Shown here piece by piece: positions 1 through 9,619 of a stretch of DNA of 64,000 nt. Every line of letters starts with the position of its first letter. Position 1 is the stretch's first letter. Position numbers and translations under genes: made by a program. The stretch lies in NCBI GenBank assembly GCA_036268025.1, contig DATAUY010000133.1, forward strand, positions 38,442 to 102,441, read 5' to 3'. Below the pieces are notes generated by a model. The model worked only from the letters and a program-made list of their open reading frames with translations, was not told the origin of the DNA and did no database searches. The DNA is from Candidatus Sulfotelmatobacter sp. (GTDB lineage Bacteria > Acidobacteriota > Terriglobia > Terriglobales > Acidobacteriaceae).

Positions 1-393
1 TTCGGCGCGCTGAATTTCGCTTTGTGAGCGCCGGATCGCATCCTGATAGCGGCGGATATCGGCTTTCGCTCCGGCAACCTGTGCATTCAGCTCCGGAACC
101 TCCAAAACCGCAAGCACCTGGCCGGTTTTCGCGTGGTCGCCGACATCGACGTAGATTGTGCGGATGTATCCGGCCACTTTCGCGTGAACATCCACTTGCT
201 GGTATGGGCGAAACGCGCCGGAAAGAGTAAGAGCATTTGCAATTGTCGTGCGCTTCACCAGCGCAACGGCGGCAGGCCGGAGGAGAGTGTCGGGATTGAC
301 ATCTGCCTTTGCGCTTTTTCCCCAAAAGCGCAGGATGAGCAGCATCCCGAGCACGAGCACCGCGCCCAGCACCACCCAGGATCTCTTACTCAT
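1..393 (-). CDS. Efflux RND periplasmic adaptor (HlyD/MFP family), N-terminal part; gene runs off the window start
   Basis: Absent from the ORF track because it is open at the edge. Reverse complement from ATG 393-391 reads MSKRSWVVLGAVLVLGMLLILRFWGK...QQVDVHAKVAGYIRTIYVDVGDHAKTGQVLAVLEVPELNAQVAGAKADI. This is an N-terminal TM anchor plus the lipoyl-like hairpin typical of MFP adaptors. Confidence 0.75.
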   Translation of the reverse strand, partial: MSKRSWVVLGAVLVLGMLLILRFWGKSAKADVNPDTLLRPAAVALVKRTTIANALTLSGAFRPYQQVDVHAKVAGYIRTIYVDVGDHAKTGQVLAVLEVPELNAQVAGAKADIRRYQDAIRRSQSEIQRAE

Positions 394-575
394 TTTTACT
401 ACCATCCAATCACTTTCATTGCCGTACGCACTGGCGCCAGGTTTTGCAGCGGCGTAGAGCTTTTACCTGATTTCCCGTTTGCCCAGGTACGCGCGCATGG
501 AACGAATAGTTTCGACCTGATTTCCAAAAATTGTTACTGATCCGTTGAAACGTACTGCGCGCAGGAACGACATGG

Positions 576-902
576 TCAGCAACTGGGAGGCGGGCGATTT
601 GCGAGGCTTTGGTCAAAGAGAACGCTCAGCAGCGGCGGCGGCGCAGGCGCGAAACGGGGATAGAACGTGGGGCCCTGGAGAGCGAAAAGAATTGGAACCG
701 GAGGCACCCAAGCCACGGCATCGCGGTCCAGATGCTGCCGCACTGGCTGCGATGTGCTGGAAGCGACCTTTACCGCGTCGGTAGTAGGCTGGAGCCGGAA
801 AGTGCGAGTGGCCAAACTGACGCTCAAGCCGCAGATAGCAAGCGTGATAATGAGAATCTGCCATGCACGGGGCACGAGATCGCGATTTCCAGACACTCTC
901 AT
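576..902 (-). CDS. Hypothetical small membrane protein (one N-terminal TM helix, Pro-rich tail)
   Basis: ORF only. It has a hydrophobic stretch WQILIITLAICGLSVSLA and no recognisable family motif. It could be spurious. Confidence 0.25.
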   Translation of the reverse strand: MRVSGNRDLVPRAWQILIITLAICGLSVSLATRTFRLQPTTDAVKVASSTSQPVRQHLDRDAVAWVPPVPILFALQGPTFYPRFAPAPPPLLSVLFDQSLANRPPPSC

Positions 903-1013
903 TAGTTACCTAATTATAGCAACGCCAGGGCTACCTACAAGTACCGATGGTCACAGAGAGAAGCGCGTATCTGACAGGGCGTTGTCAAGGCACTCAATTT
1001 CGTAAGAAGCGAT

Positions 1014-1697
1014 TCAGACAGCCGTTGGATGCCTGAGTTCTGCCAGGCGCACAGCAAGCAACCCTAAATACTCATTTATGCCTTCCCCGGTCTTCGCGGA
1101 AAGCTTCAATACCGGCATGCCGGGACGCACCGCCTGAATGTTCTTATAGGCAGTCGGCCAGCTAAACTCAACAGCTTCGGCAAGATCCAGTTTGGTGACA
1201 ACGGCCATGTCGGCGCTGTGAAAGATGGTCGGATATTTAAGCGGCTTGTCTTCTCCTTCAGTCACCGACAAGATGACCAGTCGCAGATCTTCCCCCAGAT
1301 CGTAAGAAGAAGGACAGACAAGATTGCCGACGTTTTCGATAAAGAGGAAATCAAGCTGATTCACGTCCCAACCCTGCAGCGCGTTTTGTACCATCGCAGC
1401 TTCGAGATGACAGAGTGTGCCAGTAGTGATTTGCCGGACCGGAGCCTGGCTCCGCGCAAGGCGCAATGCATCATTTTCGGTGGCAAGGTCCCCAACCAGC
1501 GCGGCAACCTTGTAGTCAGGCCTGAGCAGCGTAAGGGTTTTTTCCAGGAAGGTCGTCTTGCCAGAACCGGGGCTCGAAACCAGACTAACGACGAATACAC
1601 CGGCGGCACGAAAGCGTTCGCGCAACGCTCGGGCCACCACGTCATTCTGCTTAAGAACATTTTTCCGGACTTCGATCAGGCGCGGTTCGGGACGCAT
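1014..1697 (-). CDS. hypB: Hydrogenase nickel incorporation GTPase HypB
   Basis: P-loop GSGKTTFLEK, ENVGNLVCP and TKLDL motifs of the HypB/UreG G3E family. The longest ORF starts at 1778. ATG 1697 (MRPEPRLIEV) gives a 22-nt overlap with the hypA stop and is preferred. Confidence 0.9.
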   Translation of the reverse strand: MRPEPRLIEVRKNVLKQNDVVARALRERFRAAGVFVVSLVSSPGSGKTTFLEKTLTLLRPDYKVAALVGDLATENDALRLARSQAPVRQITTGTLCHLEAAMVQNALQGWDVNQLDFLFIENVGNLVCPSSYDLGEDLRLVILSVTEGEDKPLKYPTIFHSADMAVVTKLDLAEAVEFSWPTAYKNIQAVRPGMPVLKLSAKTGEGINEYLGLLAVRLAELRHPTAV

Positions 1698-2038
1698 TCC
1701 TGCACCTCCAAAGCAATGACTTCGAGTTCTTTTCCGTGAAGGATTTCCGAACTGGGCGTGCCGCATTCGGAGCAGCAAAATGCCTGCACGGAACTAATCC
1801 TTCGTTGCGCCCGGCAGCTATCGCAATAAATAAGGATCGGAACATCCTCGATCACCAGACGTGAACCTTGAAGCGAAGTGCTTTCGCAGGCCATCTCATA
1901 GCAAGACAACAGAGCTTCTTTCACCACTCCAGATAAAGCCCCCAGCTTCACGTGCACGGCGATGATCTGAACACCGCGGCTGCTGGCTTCTTCCTCCGCA
2001 AGTTCGACGATGCTCATCGCAATGGAAAGTTCGTGCAT
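1676..2038 (-). CDS. hypA: Hydrogenase nickel insertion protein HypA
   Basis: N-terminal MHE motif and a CDSC...CSEC zinc site. Size (120 aa) and position next to hypB fit. Confidence 0.9.
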   Translation of the reverse strand: MHELSIAMSIVELAEEEASSRGVQIIAVHVKLGALSGVVKEALLSCYEMACESTSLQGSRLVIEDVPILIYCDSCRAQRRISSVQAFCCSECGTPSSEILHGKELEVIALEVQECVPNRA

Positions 2039-2044
2039 AATTCT

Positions 2045-4324
2045 CTATTCACTCCGTTCGATGCCGCCGTCGAAGCGGCTACACGCGGCCAATGCGGCTT
2101 GGCCCAGGCTAATGCCGCCATCGTTTGGCGGAACAGCCTGATTTGTCCAAATACGCAACGAACTGTTCGCCAAGAGAGACTTCAAATCTGCAAGCAACAA
2201 TTCATTCTGGAAGACGCCTCCGGAAAGGACGACGATGTCGAGTCCGTGTTCCGTAGAGATCGTCTTGAGGGCATCGCTTAATCCGCAGGCGACTCCGCGC
2301 TGAAAAGACCGGGCAATCTCGCCGACATCGCGCCCGCGAAGGCGGTCTTGAGCGACACTCCGCAGCAAAGGACGGAAATCGAGTTTCCCACCTGCGAAGG
2401 GAAATGGATACGGCTCCGTCAAGGAGGATCCACGCGCAGTTTGTTCGAGCCAGATGGCTGCCTGTCCTTCAAAGGTGACGTCCCGCGTAAAACCGAGAAG
2501 AGCCGCTGCCGCATCGAACAGCCTGCCGACCGAAGTCGTCGAAAATGTGCGTACTCCTTTTCGAATGAGATCCATTGCTGTCTCGTAACGATTCGGGAAG
2601 GAGAAGGGCGCGGCACACAGGTCCGGCAAATCCTCCACTTGTTCCAGAAAACCGGCGGCCGCCTGCACGGGATAACACGCCGCGGCATCGCCGCCCGCAA
2701 GAGCGGCAGGACGCAAATGCGCGACGCGAGTAAAACCCTCTGAAACGCTGCCCACGAAAATCTCTCCGCCCCAAATGGATCCGTCGTCACCGTAGCCGGT
2801 GCCGTCGAAGCTCACTCCGACGACTCGCTTCCGCAACTCTCCGCGCTCGGCGAGCACGGATGCGATGTGAGCGCGGTGGTGTTGCACCGCGCAGATCTGC
2901 CACGCCGGAAGTTTTTCGGCGTGGATGGTGGAGAAATACTGGGGATGAAGGTCATGAACCAGGAGCAGTTCTTCCCATGGCAATTCGTACATCGAGACCA
3001 GGTCTTCAATCGTTTCGTGAAACGCCTGGAGCGACTGATAATGATCGAGGTCTCCGATATGCTGGCTGACGAAAGCCTGACCATCAATGACCAGAGTAAT
3101 CGTGTTCTTGAGATCCGCGCCCAGTGCGAGAATGGGACGCTCGCTCGGAAGAGATGTTACCGCGCCCGGGGAGTATCCACGCGAACGGCGAAGAATGACC
3201 GGGCCGAAGGTACCTACACGTGCTACGGAATCGTCGACCCTTCGAGCGATAGGTCTCTCGCCGATCAGAAATGCGTCGGCAATTCCTGCAAGCCTCTGAA
3301 TCGCGTCTTCATCTTCATATGCGATCGGCTCGCTTGAACGATTCGCGCTGGTCATGACGAGAACGTCCGGAGCTCCTGCCGCAAATAACAAATGGTGTAG
3401 CGGCGCGTAAGGCAACATAATCCCTAATTCGTTGTTGTCGGGAGCAACTCCGGCAATATCGATTCTCGCCGGCACAAGCACGACAGGACGGGCGATCGAA
3501 GTGAGCAGCGCTTCCGCTTCGGGAGAAAGCTCAACCAAACTGTGAGCAGTCCATATATCGCGCAGCATCAGCGCGAAAGGTTTCTCCTTGCGAAATTTGC
3601 GCTCACGCAAAGCGGCGACGGCGTCGGCGTTCTTCGCATCACACGCGAGGTGATAACCGCCGAGTCCCTTCACTGCCAGAATCCCGCCCACGCGAAGCAG
3701 TTCAGCCGCCGTGCGAATATCGCTTGCACTGCCATCCACGGAATCACGCTTGCGGTGGAGATAGTAATCGGGGCCACATGCCGGACATGCAACCGGCTGC
3801 GCATGAAAGCGGCGGTTCGCGGGATCGGAATATTGCGCGTCGCAATAATCATCCAGCCGCCACTTTGCCATCGTAGTGTTCGGCCGGTCATACGGCAGTG
3901 CGGTCACGACGCTATAACGGGGCCCGCAGTTGGTGCAATTGATGTACGGGTACTGGTAACGCGGGTCGCCCGGATCAAACAGCTCACGCAGGCATTCATC
4001 ACAAACAGGAAGATCAGCAGAAATGCGAACTGTCGGCCGATCTCGTCGTTTGCTGGTGCGAATCGTGAATTCGTGCAAGCCGACTGGCTCGACTGTGCGC
4101 ACATCGATCTCCGCGATGCTGGCCGCTGGTGGCGGCTGCGCTTTGAGTTCCCGAACGAAGGCTTCAAGACGGGGCGCTGTGCCTTCGAGGTGAATCTCCA
4201 CTCCTTCTTCAGCGTTCAGAACCCACCCATTCAGCGTGTTCGCCTGCGCCAGACGAAAGACGAAAGGACGGAAGCCCACGCCTTGCACAATACCACGAAC
4301 CCGGATGGAGCAAGCGCTCGCCAT
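2045..4324 (-). CDS. hypF: Carbamoyltransferase HypF
   Basis: Acylphosphatase-like N-terminus (VRGIVQGVGFRPFV). Paired zinc fingers CDEC...CTNCGPRY and RRFHAQPVACPACGP. Long YrdC/Kae1-like C-terminal part; 759 aa. Confidence 0.95.
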   Translation of the reverse strand: MASACSIRVRGIVQGVGFRPFVFRLAQANTLNGWVLNAEEGVEIHLEGTAPRLEAFVRELKAQPPPAASIAEIDVRTVEPVGLHEFTIRTSKRRDRPTVRISADLPVCDECLRELFDPGDPRYQYPYINCTNCGPRYSVVTALPYDRPNTTMAKWRLDDYCDAQYSDPANRRFHAQPVACPACGPDYYLHRKRDSVDGSASDIRTAAELLRVGGILAVKGLGGYHLACDAKNADAVAALRERKFRKEKPFALMLRDIWTAHSLVELSPEAEALLTSIARPVVLVPARIDIAGVAPDNNELGIMLPYAPLHHLLFAAGAPDVLVMTSANRSSEPIAYEDEDAIQRLAGIADAFLIGERPIARRVDDSVARVGTFGPVILRRSRGYSPGAVTSLPSERPILALGADLKNTITLVIDGQAFVSQHIGDLDHYQSLQAFHETIEDLVSMYELPWEELLLVHDLHPQYFSTIHAEKLPAWQICAVQHHRAHIASVLAERGELRKRVVGVSFDGTGYGDDGSIWGGEIFVGSVSEGFTRVAHLRPAALAGGDAAACYPVQAAAGFLEQVEDLPDLCAAPFSFPNRYETAMDLIRKGVRTFSTTSVGRLFDAAAALLGFTRDVTFEGQAAIWLEQTARGSSLTEPYPFPFAGGKLDFRPLLRSVAQDRLRGRDVGEIARSFQRGVACGLSDALKTISTEHGLDIVVLSGGVFQNELLLADLKSLLANSSLRIWTNQAVPPNDGGISLGQAALAACSRFDGGIERSE

Positions 4325-4339
4325 AATGTGTTTGCGTAA

Positions 4340-4573
4340 CTAATCGTCGATTATGCAGCCGCGTCCTTGCCATCCCACTTGAATGACTTTTCCATCTTCT
4401 ACCAGGATAGGTACCGTGCGCTGTCCGCGTGCGATCTCGCGCATGCGTCCCCGCGCTGATGGATCGTTCTCGACGTCGTACTCCACAAAATCGCTGCGCT
4501 TCCACTCCAGCCACTCACGCATCTCGCCGGTATGAGGGCATCGCGCGGTCCCATAGAGTTCAAGCCTGGCCAC
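4340..4573 (-). CDS. Glutaredoxin/NrdH-like small thioredoxin-fold protein
   Basis: 77 aa with a CPHT redox motif at residues 12-15 and TVPILVEDGKV typical of the glutaredoxin fold. It overlaps the upstream SIS gene by 14 nt. Confidence 0.7.
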   Translation of the reverse strand: MARLELYGTARCPHTGEMREWLEWKRSDFVEYDVENDPSARGRMREIARGQRTVPILVEDGKVIQVGWQGRGCIIDD

Positions 4574-5774
4574 GTCTGAGCACCTCCAGCGACTCGCGAA
4601 TAACGTGGTAAATCGAAGCCTGTACTTCCTGAATGCGCGGAATATAGTCGCAGTTGACGACTACGGGAAAGTCGGCGAGGTTTTTGCGCTTGATTTCGCC
4701 GCCGTCATAGCCCAATAGAGCTACCGTCAAAAGCTTTCGCTTTCGAGCTTCCTCCAGCGCCATGATGATGTTGCGAGATCCGCCGCTCGTGGAAATACCA
4801 ATGGCGACATCCTCCGGACAGGCATGCGCGATCAACTGACGAAGGAAAATCGCATCCGTGCCAATATCGTTGGCAACGGCAGTGATATTGGCCGGTTCGA
4901 GGGAAAGAGAGATTGCGGGCACAGTTTCATATTCAGGCGGGGTAAGAACGCAGTCCATCGCGAAGTCGTTCGCATCTGTGGCAGAACCGCCGTTGCCGAA
5001 CAGGATAAGTTTGCCACCACACAAAAGTCGCTCGTGAATCGCGACTACTGTGTTGCTGATCTGCTCCGATTCTTCTCGCGCAACCTGCGCGCGCAGGTTA
5101 GCGTCATCATGGACCTTCATCAATATTGACGATGCCACTTCGGCGACCAGACTCGCGGTCCCCTGCTTTTCCTTGCCTAGAAAAGGATAGAGAAACTCCG
5201 ACTCCCCGACATCGTGGCCAAGTTCGCGATGCTCTAAGAAAACGTGAACCGTTTCCCACAGTGTGTGATACAGAACCTCGATCAATTCCTGATGGATAAA
5301 GGAATCTCGCGTCGCCGCTTCTACTGCATATGAGCCCTCGAAGCCCGGCAAGGCGAAGGTCATCGCTCCTTGTGTACGCGCCAATTGCAATGTGGCCCAA
5401 ACTTCCGGGTCGCCTTCCGGAGGGCCGAACCCCATCACGATATCTTCGGGGCGAAGAATGGCTTCGAGCCAAGGCCGCGGCAACACTGAGAGATCCAGTG
5501 CCGGCAGGGCGCGCTTTCCCACGATGACCGGATGAACAAACTCCACCGACACATGCTGCGCGTCGGTGACATAGGGGCCACGGCCAAACGCCAGCAAGCG
5601 GCCGCCGCGCAGAAAGCGCTCAGACATTTCACGGCAAGCTTCGGCAAGGCGTTGCGCCTCACGCGAGAAGAAGCGATCGAACACTTCGTTGCGTTCGAGC
5701 AGGCGCTCTTCGATCTGGCTTGCAAGGTTGCAGGTTGTAGCCATTTGATTTGTGTTTGCCGAATCCATCCTCAA
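4560..5774 (-). CDS. Tandem SIS-domain (GmhA/phosphosugar-isomerase-like) protein
   Basis: Two SIS-like halves: GGRLLAFGRGPYVTDAQHVSVEF and GGKLILFGNGGSATDANDFAMD...GISTSGGSRNII. Its start shares an ATGA overlap with the hypE stop. Confidence 0.75.
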   Translation of the reverse strand: MRMDSANTNQMATTCNLASQIEERLLERNEVFDRFFSREAQRLAEACREMSERFLRGGRLLAFGRGPYVTDAQHVSVEFVHPVIVGKRALPALDLSVLPRPWLEAILRPEDIVMGFGPPEGDPEVWATLQLARTQGAMTFALPGFEGSYAVEAATRDSFIHQELIEVLYHTLWETVHVFLEHRELGHDVGESEFLYPFLGKEKQGTASLVAEVASSILMKVHDDANLRAQVAREESEQISNTVVAIHERLLCGGKLILFGNGGSATDANDFAMDCVLTPPEYETVPAISLSLEPANITAVANDIGTDAIFLRQLIAHACPEDVAIGISTSGGSRNIIMALEEARKRKLLTVALLGYDGGEIKRKNLADFPVVVNCDYIPRIQEVQASIYHVIRESLEVLRRGQA

Positions 5775-6889
5775 CAGATTCTCGGCAAGGGATCGCCGAC
5801 AAGCATGTCTACGATTCGACTGCCGCCGTAAAGGGTTGTCACCAGCACACTGCCGGCCGGTTGTTCACGAACTTCGCCGATGACCTGCGCTTCGTCTCCA
5901 TCCGAAGCGAGGCTTAATGCATTGATCGCAGCATCGGCATATTCCGGTGAAACGACGGCGAGAAATTGGCCTTCATTCGCAATGTGCAGTGGATCAAGAC
6001 CCAGCAATTCGCAAGCGCCACGCACGCCGTCACGCACTGGAATCTGGTCCTCGAACAGGACCATTCCAAGCCCGCAATCTCGAGCTAGCTCGTTCAGCGA
6101 AGTAGCGGCGCCTCCGCGAGTGGGATCGCGCATCCAGCGAATGCCGGGGCCCGCTGCTTTCACGAGGGCCTCGACCAACGGCAACACCGAGCGCGTATCG
6201 GAATGGAGATCGGCTTCGAGATCTAACTCGCCGCGCGCCAGCAGGATGGTAATGCCGTGGTCGCCGATGGGCCCGGAAAGCAGAATTTTGTCGCCCACGC
6301 GAACCGAATGCGGATCGATACAAACGCCATGCAGCGGGCGTCCGATGCCGGTCGTTGTAATGTACATCTGATCTGCTTTGCCGTGTTCGACCACCTTGGT
6401 GTCGCCGCCTACGATGCGAACTCTCGCATTCCGCGCGGCCTTCGCCATGGCTCGTATTTCTGCATCGAGAATCGGCGTAGGCAGACCGGCTTCCAAGACA
6501 AATGTGACGACGAGTGCTTCCGCCTTCGCTCCTGAAACTGCGAGGTCATTTACGGTTCCGTTGATTGCAAGTTCACCTATGGATCCCCCGGGAAAGCTCA
6601 GCGGCTTGACGACGAAACTGTCGGTGGTGATAGCAACCTGCGTCCCATTAATATCGACGTGCGCCGCATCCGCAAGCGGGCCGATTTCTGCGCCGTACAG
6701 CAATGGAGCAAAAAGGCCCTCGACGAGCCGGCGGCTGGCCTTTCCGCCCGCGCCGTGAGCCATTTCAATCTGAGGATCGCGGAACCTCGTTGCGGGCTCT
6801 CGCAGAGGATCGATGGTTGCGGTCAGGCGATCGACAGCAGCGTTCCCTGCGCTGCTTTGCGGTGTTCGTAGTTGTAATATGCGGCGCAT
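5771..6889 (-). CDS. hypE: Hydrogenase maturation carbamoyl dehydratase HypE
   Basis: MAHGAGGKASRRLVEGLF N-terminal motif, AIR-synthase-like body, C-terminal PRIC. The longest ORF begins at 7063. ATG 6889 is preceded by GGAAGGA, so it is preferred. ATG 6763 is an alternative. Confidence 0.9.
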   Translation of the reverse strand: MRRILQLRTPQSSAGNAAVDRLTATIDPLREPATRFRDPQIEMAHGAGGKASRRLVEGLFAPLLYGAEIGPLADAAHVDINGTQVAITTDSFVVKPLSFPGGSIGELAINGTVNDLAVSGAKAEALVVTFVLEAGLPTPILDAEIRAMAKAARNARVRIVGGDTKVVEHGKADQMYITTTGIGRPLHGVCIDPHSVRVGDKILLSGPIGDHGITILLARGELDLEADLHSDTRSVLPLVEALVKAAGPGIRWMRDPTRGGAATSLNELARDCGLGMVLFEDQIPVRDGVRGACELLGLDPLHIANEGQFLAVVSPEYADAAINALSLASDGDEAQVIGEVREQPAGSVLVTTLYGGSRIVDMLVGDPLPRIC

Positions 6890-7953
6890 GATCCTTCCGA
6901 TGACACCATGAGCGCGCCGATTGGATGCTCCGGCGTACACTCGCGGCCAAAAAGTTTGCACTGGTGCGGCTTCAACACGCCCTTGAGCACTTCCCCACAT
7001 TGCGCGGCCTTTGGGTCGGTGACTCGAATGCCCGGAACTTCGAAGCGCTGCTCCGCATCCCATTCGGCATATCGGTCATTGATCCGAAGGGCCGACTGCG
7101 AGATGAAGCCGAGTCCCCTCCACTCAAAATAAGGACGAAGCTGAAAGACCTCAGCCATGGCTTTCAACGCCGCACGGTTGCCTTCCCAGGGAACTACGCG
7201 CTTGTACTGGTTTTCAACTTTGGCCTCACCCGCCTTAAGCTGGCGCAAAAGCATAACGATCGATTGCAGCATATCGAGAGGCTCAAAACCGGAAACGACA
7301 ATCGGCTTGCGCTCGTTCTGCGCGATCCATTCATAAGGACGGCATCCGATGACGGTTGAAACGTGACCGGGCCCGATAAACGCATCGAGTCGCATGTCGG
7401 GGGAATCGAGGATTGCACGAATAGCAGGGACGATCGTGACGTGATTGCAGAAAACCGAAAAGTTCCGGATGCCCTCAGCCTTGGCCCGCATCATTGTGAG
7501 CGCAGTGGATGGAGCGGTGGTCTCAAAGCCGATCGCGAAGAACATTACATGTTTTTCGGGATTGAGCCGCGCCAACTTCAGAGCATCCGAGGGAGAATAA
7601 ACGATGCGCACATCCATGCCCTGCGCTTTGCGCTCGAGCGGGCTGCCTTGTGTTCCCGGCACCCGCATCATGTCGCCAAAGGCGGCGAAAATGACATTCC
7701 CCTGCTGAGCGATCGCCAGCCCGTCGTCAATCCTTCCCATGGGAAGAACGCAGACCGGACAGCCGGGACCGTGAATTAATTCGATGTTTTCCGGAAGAAT
7801 ATCTTTCAGGCCGAAGCGGTAGATAGCATGTGTATGTCCTCCACACACTTCCATCATGCGGTAGTGCCGCTCGGTTCCGGCGAGGCGGCGGATCTCTTCC
7901 GCCGTCTTCGAAATCAGTTCGGGCTCCCGGAATTCATCTACGAATCTCATCAC
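6823..7953 (-). CDS. hypD: Hydrogenase maturation protein HypD
   Basis: CGGHTHAI, GPGCPVCV and GFETTAP motifs; 376 aa; located between hypC and hypE. Confidence 0.95.
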   Translation of the reverse strand: MMRFVDEFREPELISKTAEEIRRLAGTERHYRMMEVCGGHTHAIYRFGLKDILPENIELIHGPGCPVCVLPMGRIDDGLAIAQQGNVIFAAFGDMMRVPGTQGSPLERKAQGMDVRIVYSPSDALKLARLNPEKHVMFFAIGFETTAPSTALTMMRAKAEGIRNFSVFCNHVTIVPAIRAILDSPDMRLDAFIGPGHVSTVIGCRPYEWIAQNERKPIVVSGFEPLDMLQSIVMLLRQLKAGEAKVENQYKRVVPWEGNRAALKAMAEVFQLRPYFEWRGLGFISQSALRINDRYAEWDAEQRFEVPGIRVTDPKAAQCGEVLKGVLKPHQCKLFGRECTPEHPIGALMVSSEGSCAAYYNYEHRKAAQGTLLSIA

Positions 7954-7975
7954 TCCTCACTTGATCTGGGCCACA

Positions 7976-8254
7976 TCAATTCAAGTCCTCCAGCCCATAT
8001 CCCTGGACTTCCTGCATCGCGCCGTCAATTTCACCTAGCATTCGGAGCGTATTCATTTGATCCGCGGCATCCTGTTCGCTGATCTTGCTCATGGCGAAAC
8101 CCACATGAACCAGCACCCAGTCGCCGGGAACAGGCTTGTCGTGCTGCAATAAACCCAGATCAATCTTGCGCCGCACGCCGACAACCTCGACGAGCGCAGA
8201 ATCACGGTTCTCGGAAGAAATCTCGACGATCTTTCCTGGTATCGCCAAACACAT
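7976..8254 (-). CDS. hypC: Hydrogenase assembly chaperone HypC
   Basis: MCLAIPGKIVEI. HypC family proteins require Cys directly after the initiator Met, so the internal ATG at 8254 is used rather than the ORF start at 8290. Confidence 0.9.
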   Translation of the reverse strand: MCLAIPGKIVEISSENRDSALVEVVGVRRKIDLGLLQHDKPVPGDWVLVHVGFAMSKISEQDAADQMNTLRMLGEIDGAMQEVQGYGLEDLN

Positions 8255-8323
8255 GCGGCATCCTCCTGCAACATCATCATTCAGGTTCATTTTTCATTCG
8301 CTCGTCCCGAAACCGCCAGCCAT

Positions 8324-8965
8324 TCACTCTTGTTTGCGGGCGGTAATATCAAAAGATAGCTTGAGTTCGTCCTTGAGCTTTATTGCTCCTCCAACAGCGG
8401 AGACAGGTGGAATTTGATAGTCACTCTGCCGGATGGAGAAATCACCGGTCGCACGTAAAGTATCGCCATTCAGACGAACACGCGCGGACACCGGTTGGCT
8501 GCGTGTAACTCCGTGCAGAGTCAATTCGCCGTTCAATGCCGCCCAATACTGTCCTTCTCCGGCCTTGCTGGCAGAAATGCGGCCACATTCGTAGACAATT
8601 TCGGGAAACGTATCGGACTCCAGCGCTTCCTCGTGCATCCTGCGGTCCATTTCTGCGCGGTCTTTCTTGCTAATGTCATCAATCACGCCCATTGAAGCCG
8701 CCTGAAATACGAGTCGCAGTGAGCTTTGTTCAATCGTCTCGGGATGCAGCGAGATCGTGCCCTCAAAATCGGAGATCGCAATCGTCGGATTGTGGCCCAA
8801 AGCAGAAAGCAGCCCGGCAGCGAAAGCCCGCACGGTAAACTTACTGCCCTTGGATACAACAATGTAGTCAACTGTTGCGTTCTCGGTTTTTATCGTCATT
8901 TCCGGTGCGTAATGCACAGGATCCCTTCCGTCATTTGCCAAGCCTCGCTTACCAAGGCCGAACAA
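8324..8965 (-). CDS. YceI-like (polyisoprenoid-binding fold) protein without signal peptide
   Basis: FTVRAF...GHNPTIAI, KKDRAEMDRRMHEEALESDTFPEIVYE, GELTLHGVTRSQPV and IRQSDYQI match the YceI domain pattern. Start may instead be ATG 8899. Confidence 0.7.
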   Translation of the reverse strand: MFGLGKRGLANDGRDPVHYAPEMTIKTENATVDYIVVSKGSKFTVRAFAAGLLSALGHNPTIAISDFEGTISLHPETIEQSSLRLVFQAASMGVIDDISKKDRAEMDRRMHEEALESDTFPEIVYECGRISASKAGEGQYWAALNGELTLHGVTRSQPVSARVRLNGDTLRATGDFSIRQSDYQIPPVSAVGGAIKLKDELKLSFDITARKQE

Positions 8966-8966
8966 C

Positions 8967-9542
8967 TTACTCCGATTTGCGGGCCACCGCGTAAAAGGAA
9001 AATTTCAATTCATCCTGCAGCTTCAAAGAGACTCCCGCGATGGACGCGATGCGTATGTTGTAATCGCTTTGCAACAAAGTAAATGCTCCGTATGCTCGCG
9101 CGCTCTCGACACCTAAGGCAACCTGAGCCACCAACTCCTGCTCATTCGAAACACCATGAAGGCTCAGCATTCCGCGCACGGAGAGCCGGTACAGATCGTC
9201 TCTCAGCTTTTCCGCCTTGACCTCCGAACTCTCGTAAATCACCTCGGGATACTGGGTCGTTTCCAGGACTTCCTTGTTCATCACTCTGTGCAGTTCCCGG
9301 CGGTCCGAGTCTCGCATCTCATCCAGCACCTCGAGCGAAGCTGGGTTGACATGAATGCTGAGCAGCGCGTTTTCCAATCCATCGGGCGCAAGCTCTACGG
9401 TACCTGTCCACTCGCGAATCGCAATCTTTGGACTGTGCGCCACTGACGAAATCAGTCCATTGGCAAAAGCCTGAACCGTAAACTGGCTCTTTTGCGCATC
9501 CACAACGTAACGCGCATTCGCGCTTGCAGCACCCGTCGCCAT
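8967..9542 (-). CDS. YceI-like protein without signal peptide (tandem paralog)
   Basis: QFTVQAFANGLISSVAHSPKIAI, DSDRRELHRVMNKEVLETTQYPEVIYE, GMLSLHGVSNEQ and LLQSDYNI. Same architecture as the downstream neighbour. Confidence 0.7.
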   Translation of the reverse strand: MATGAASANARYVVDAQKSQFTVQAFANGLISSVAHSPKIAIREWTGTVELAPDGLENALLSIHVNPASLEVLDEMRDSDRRELHRVMNKEVLETTQYPEVIYESSEVKAEKLRDDLYRLSVRGMLSLHGVSNEQELVAQVALGVESARAYGAFTLLQSDYNIRIASIAGVSLKLQDELKFSFYAVARKSE

Positions 9543-9619
9543 CGAAGTCCACCTCCGCGATCATGCTATATCGATTGATCGCTGGCCCAAGGGGCCTCGG
9601 GTTACGAGTTCGGTTTTCG

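Noticed and set aside
3542-4339. 265-aa plus-strand ORF inside hypF
   Set aside because: It is antisense to a confidently identified hypF and has a skewed, Arg-rich composition. Shadow ORF.
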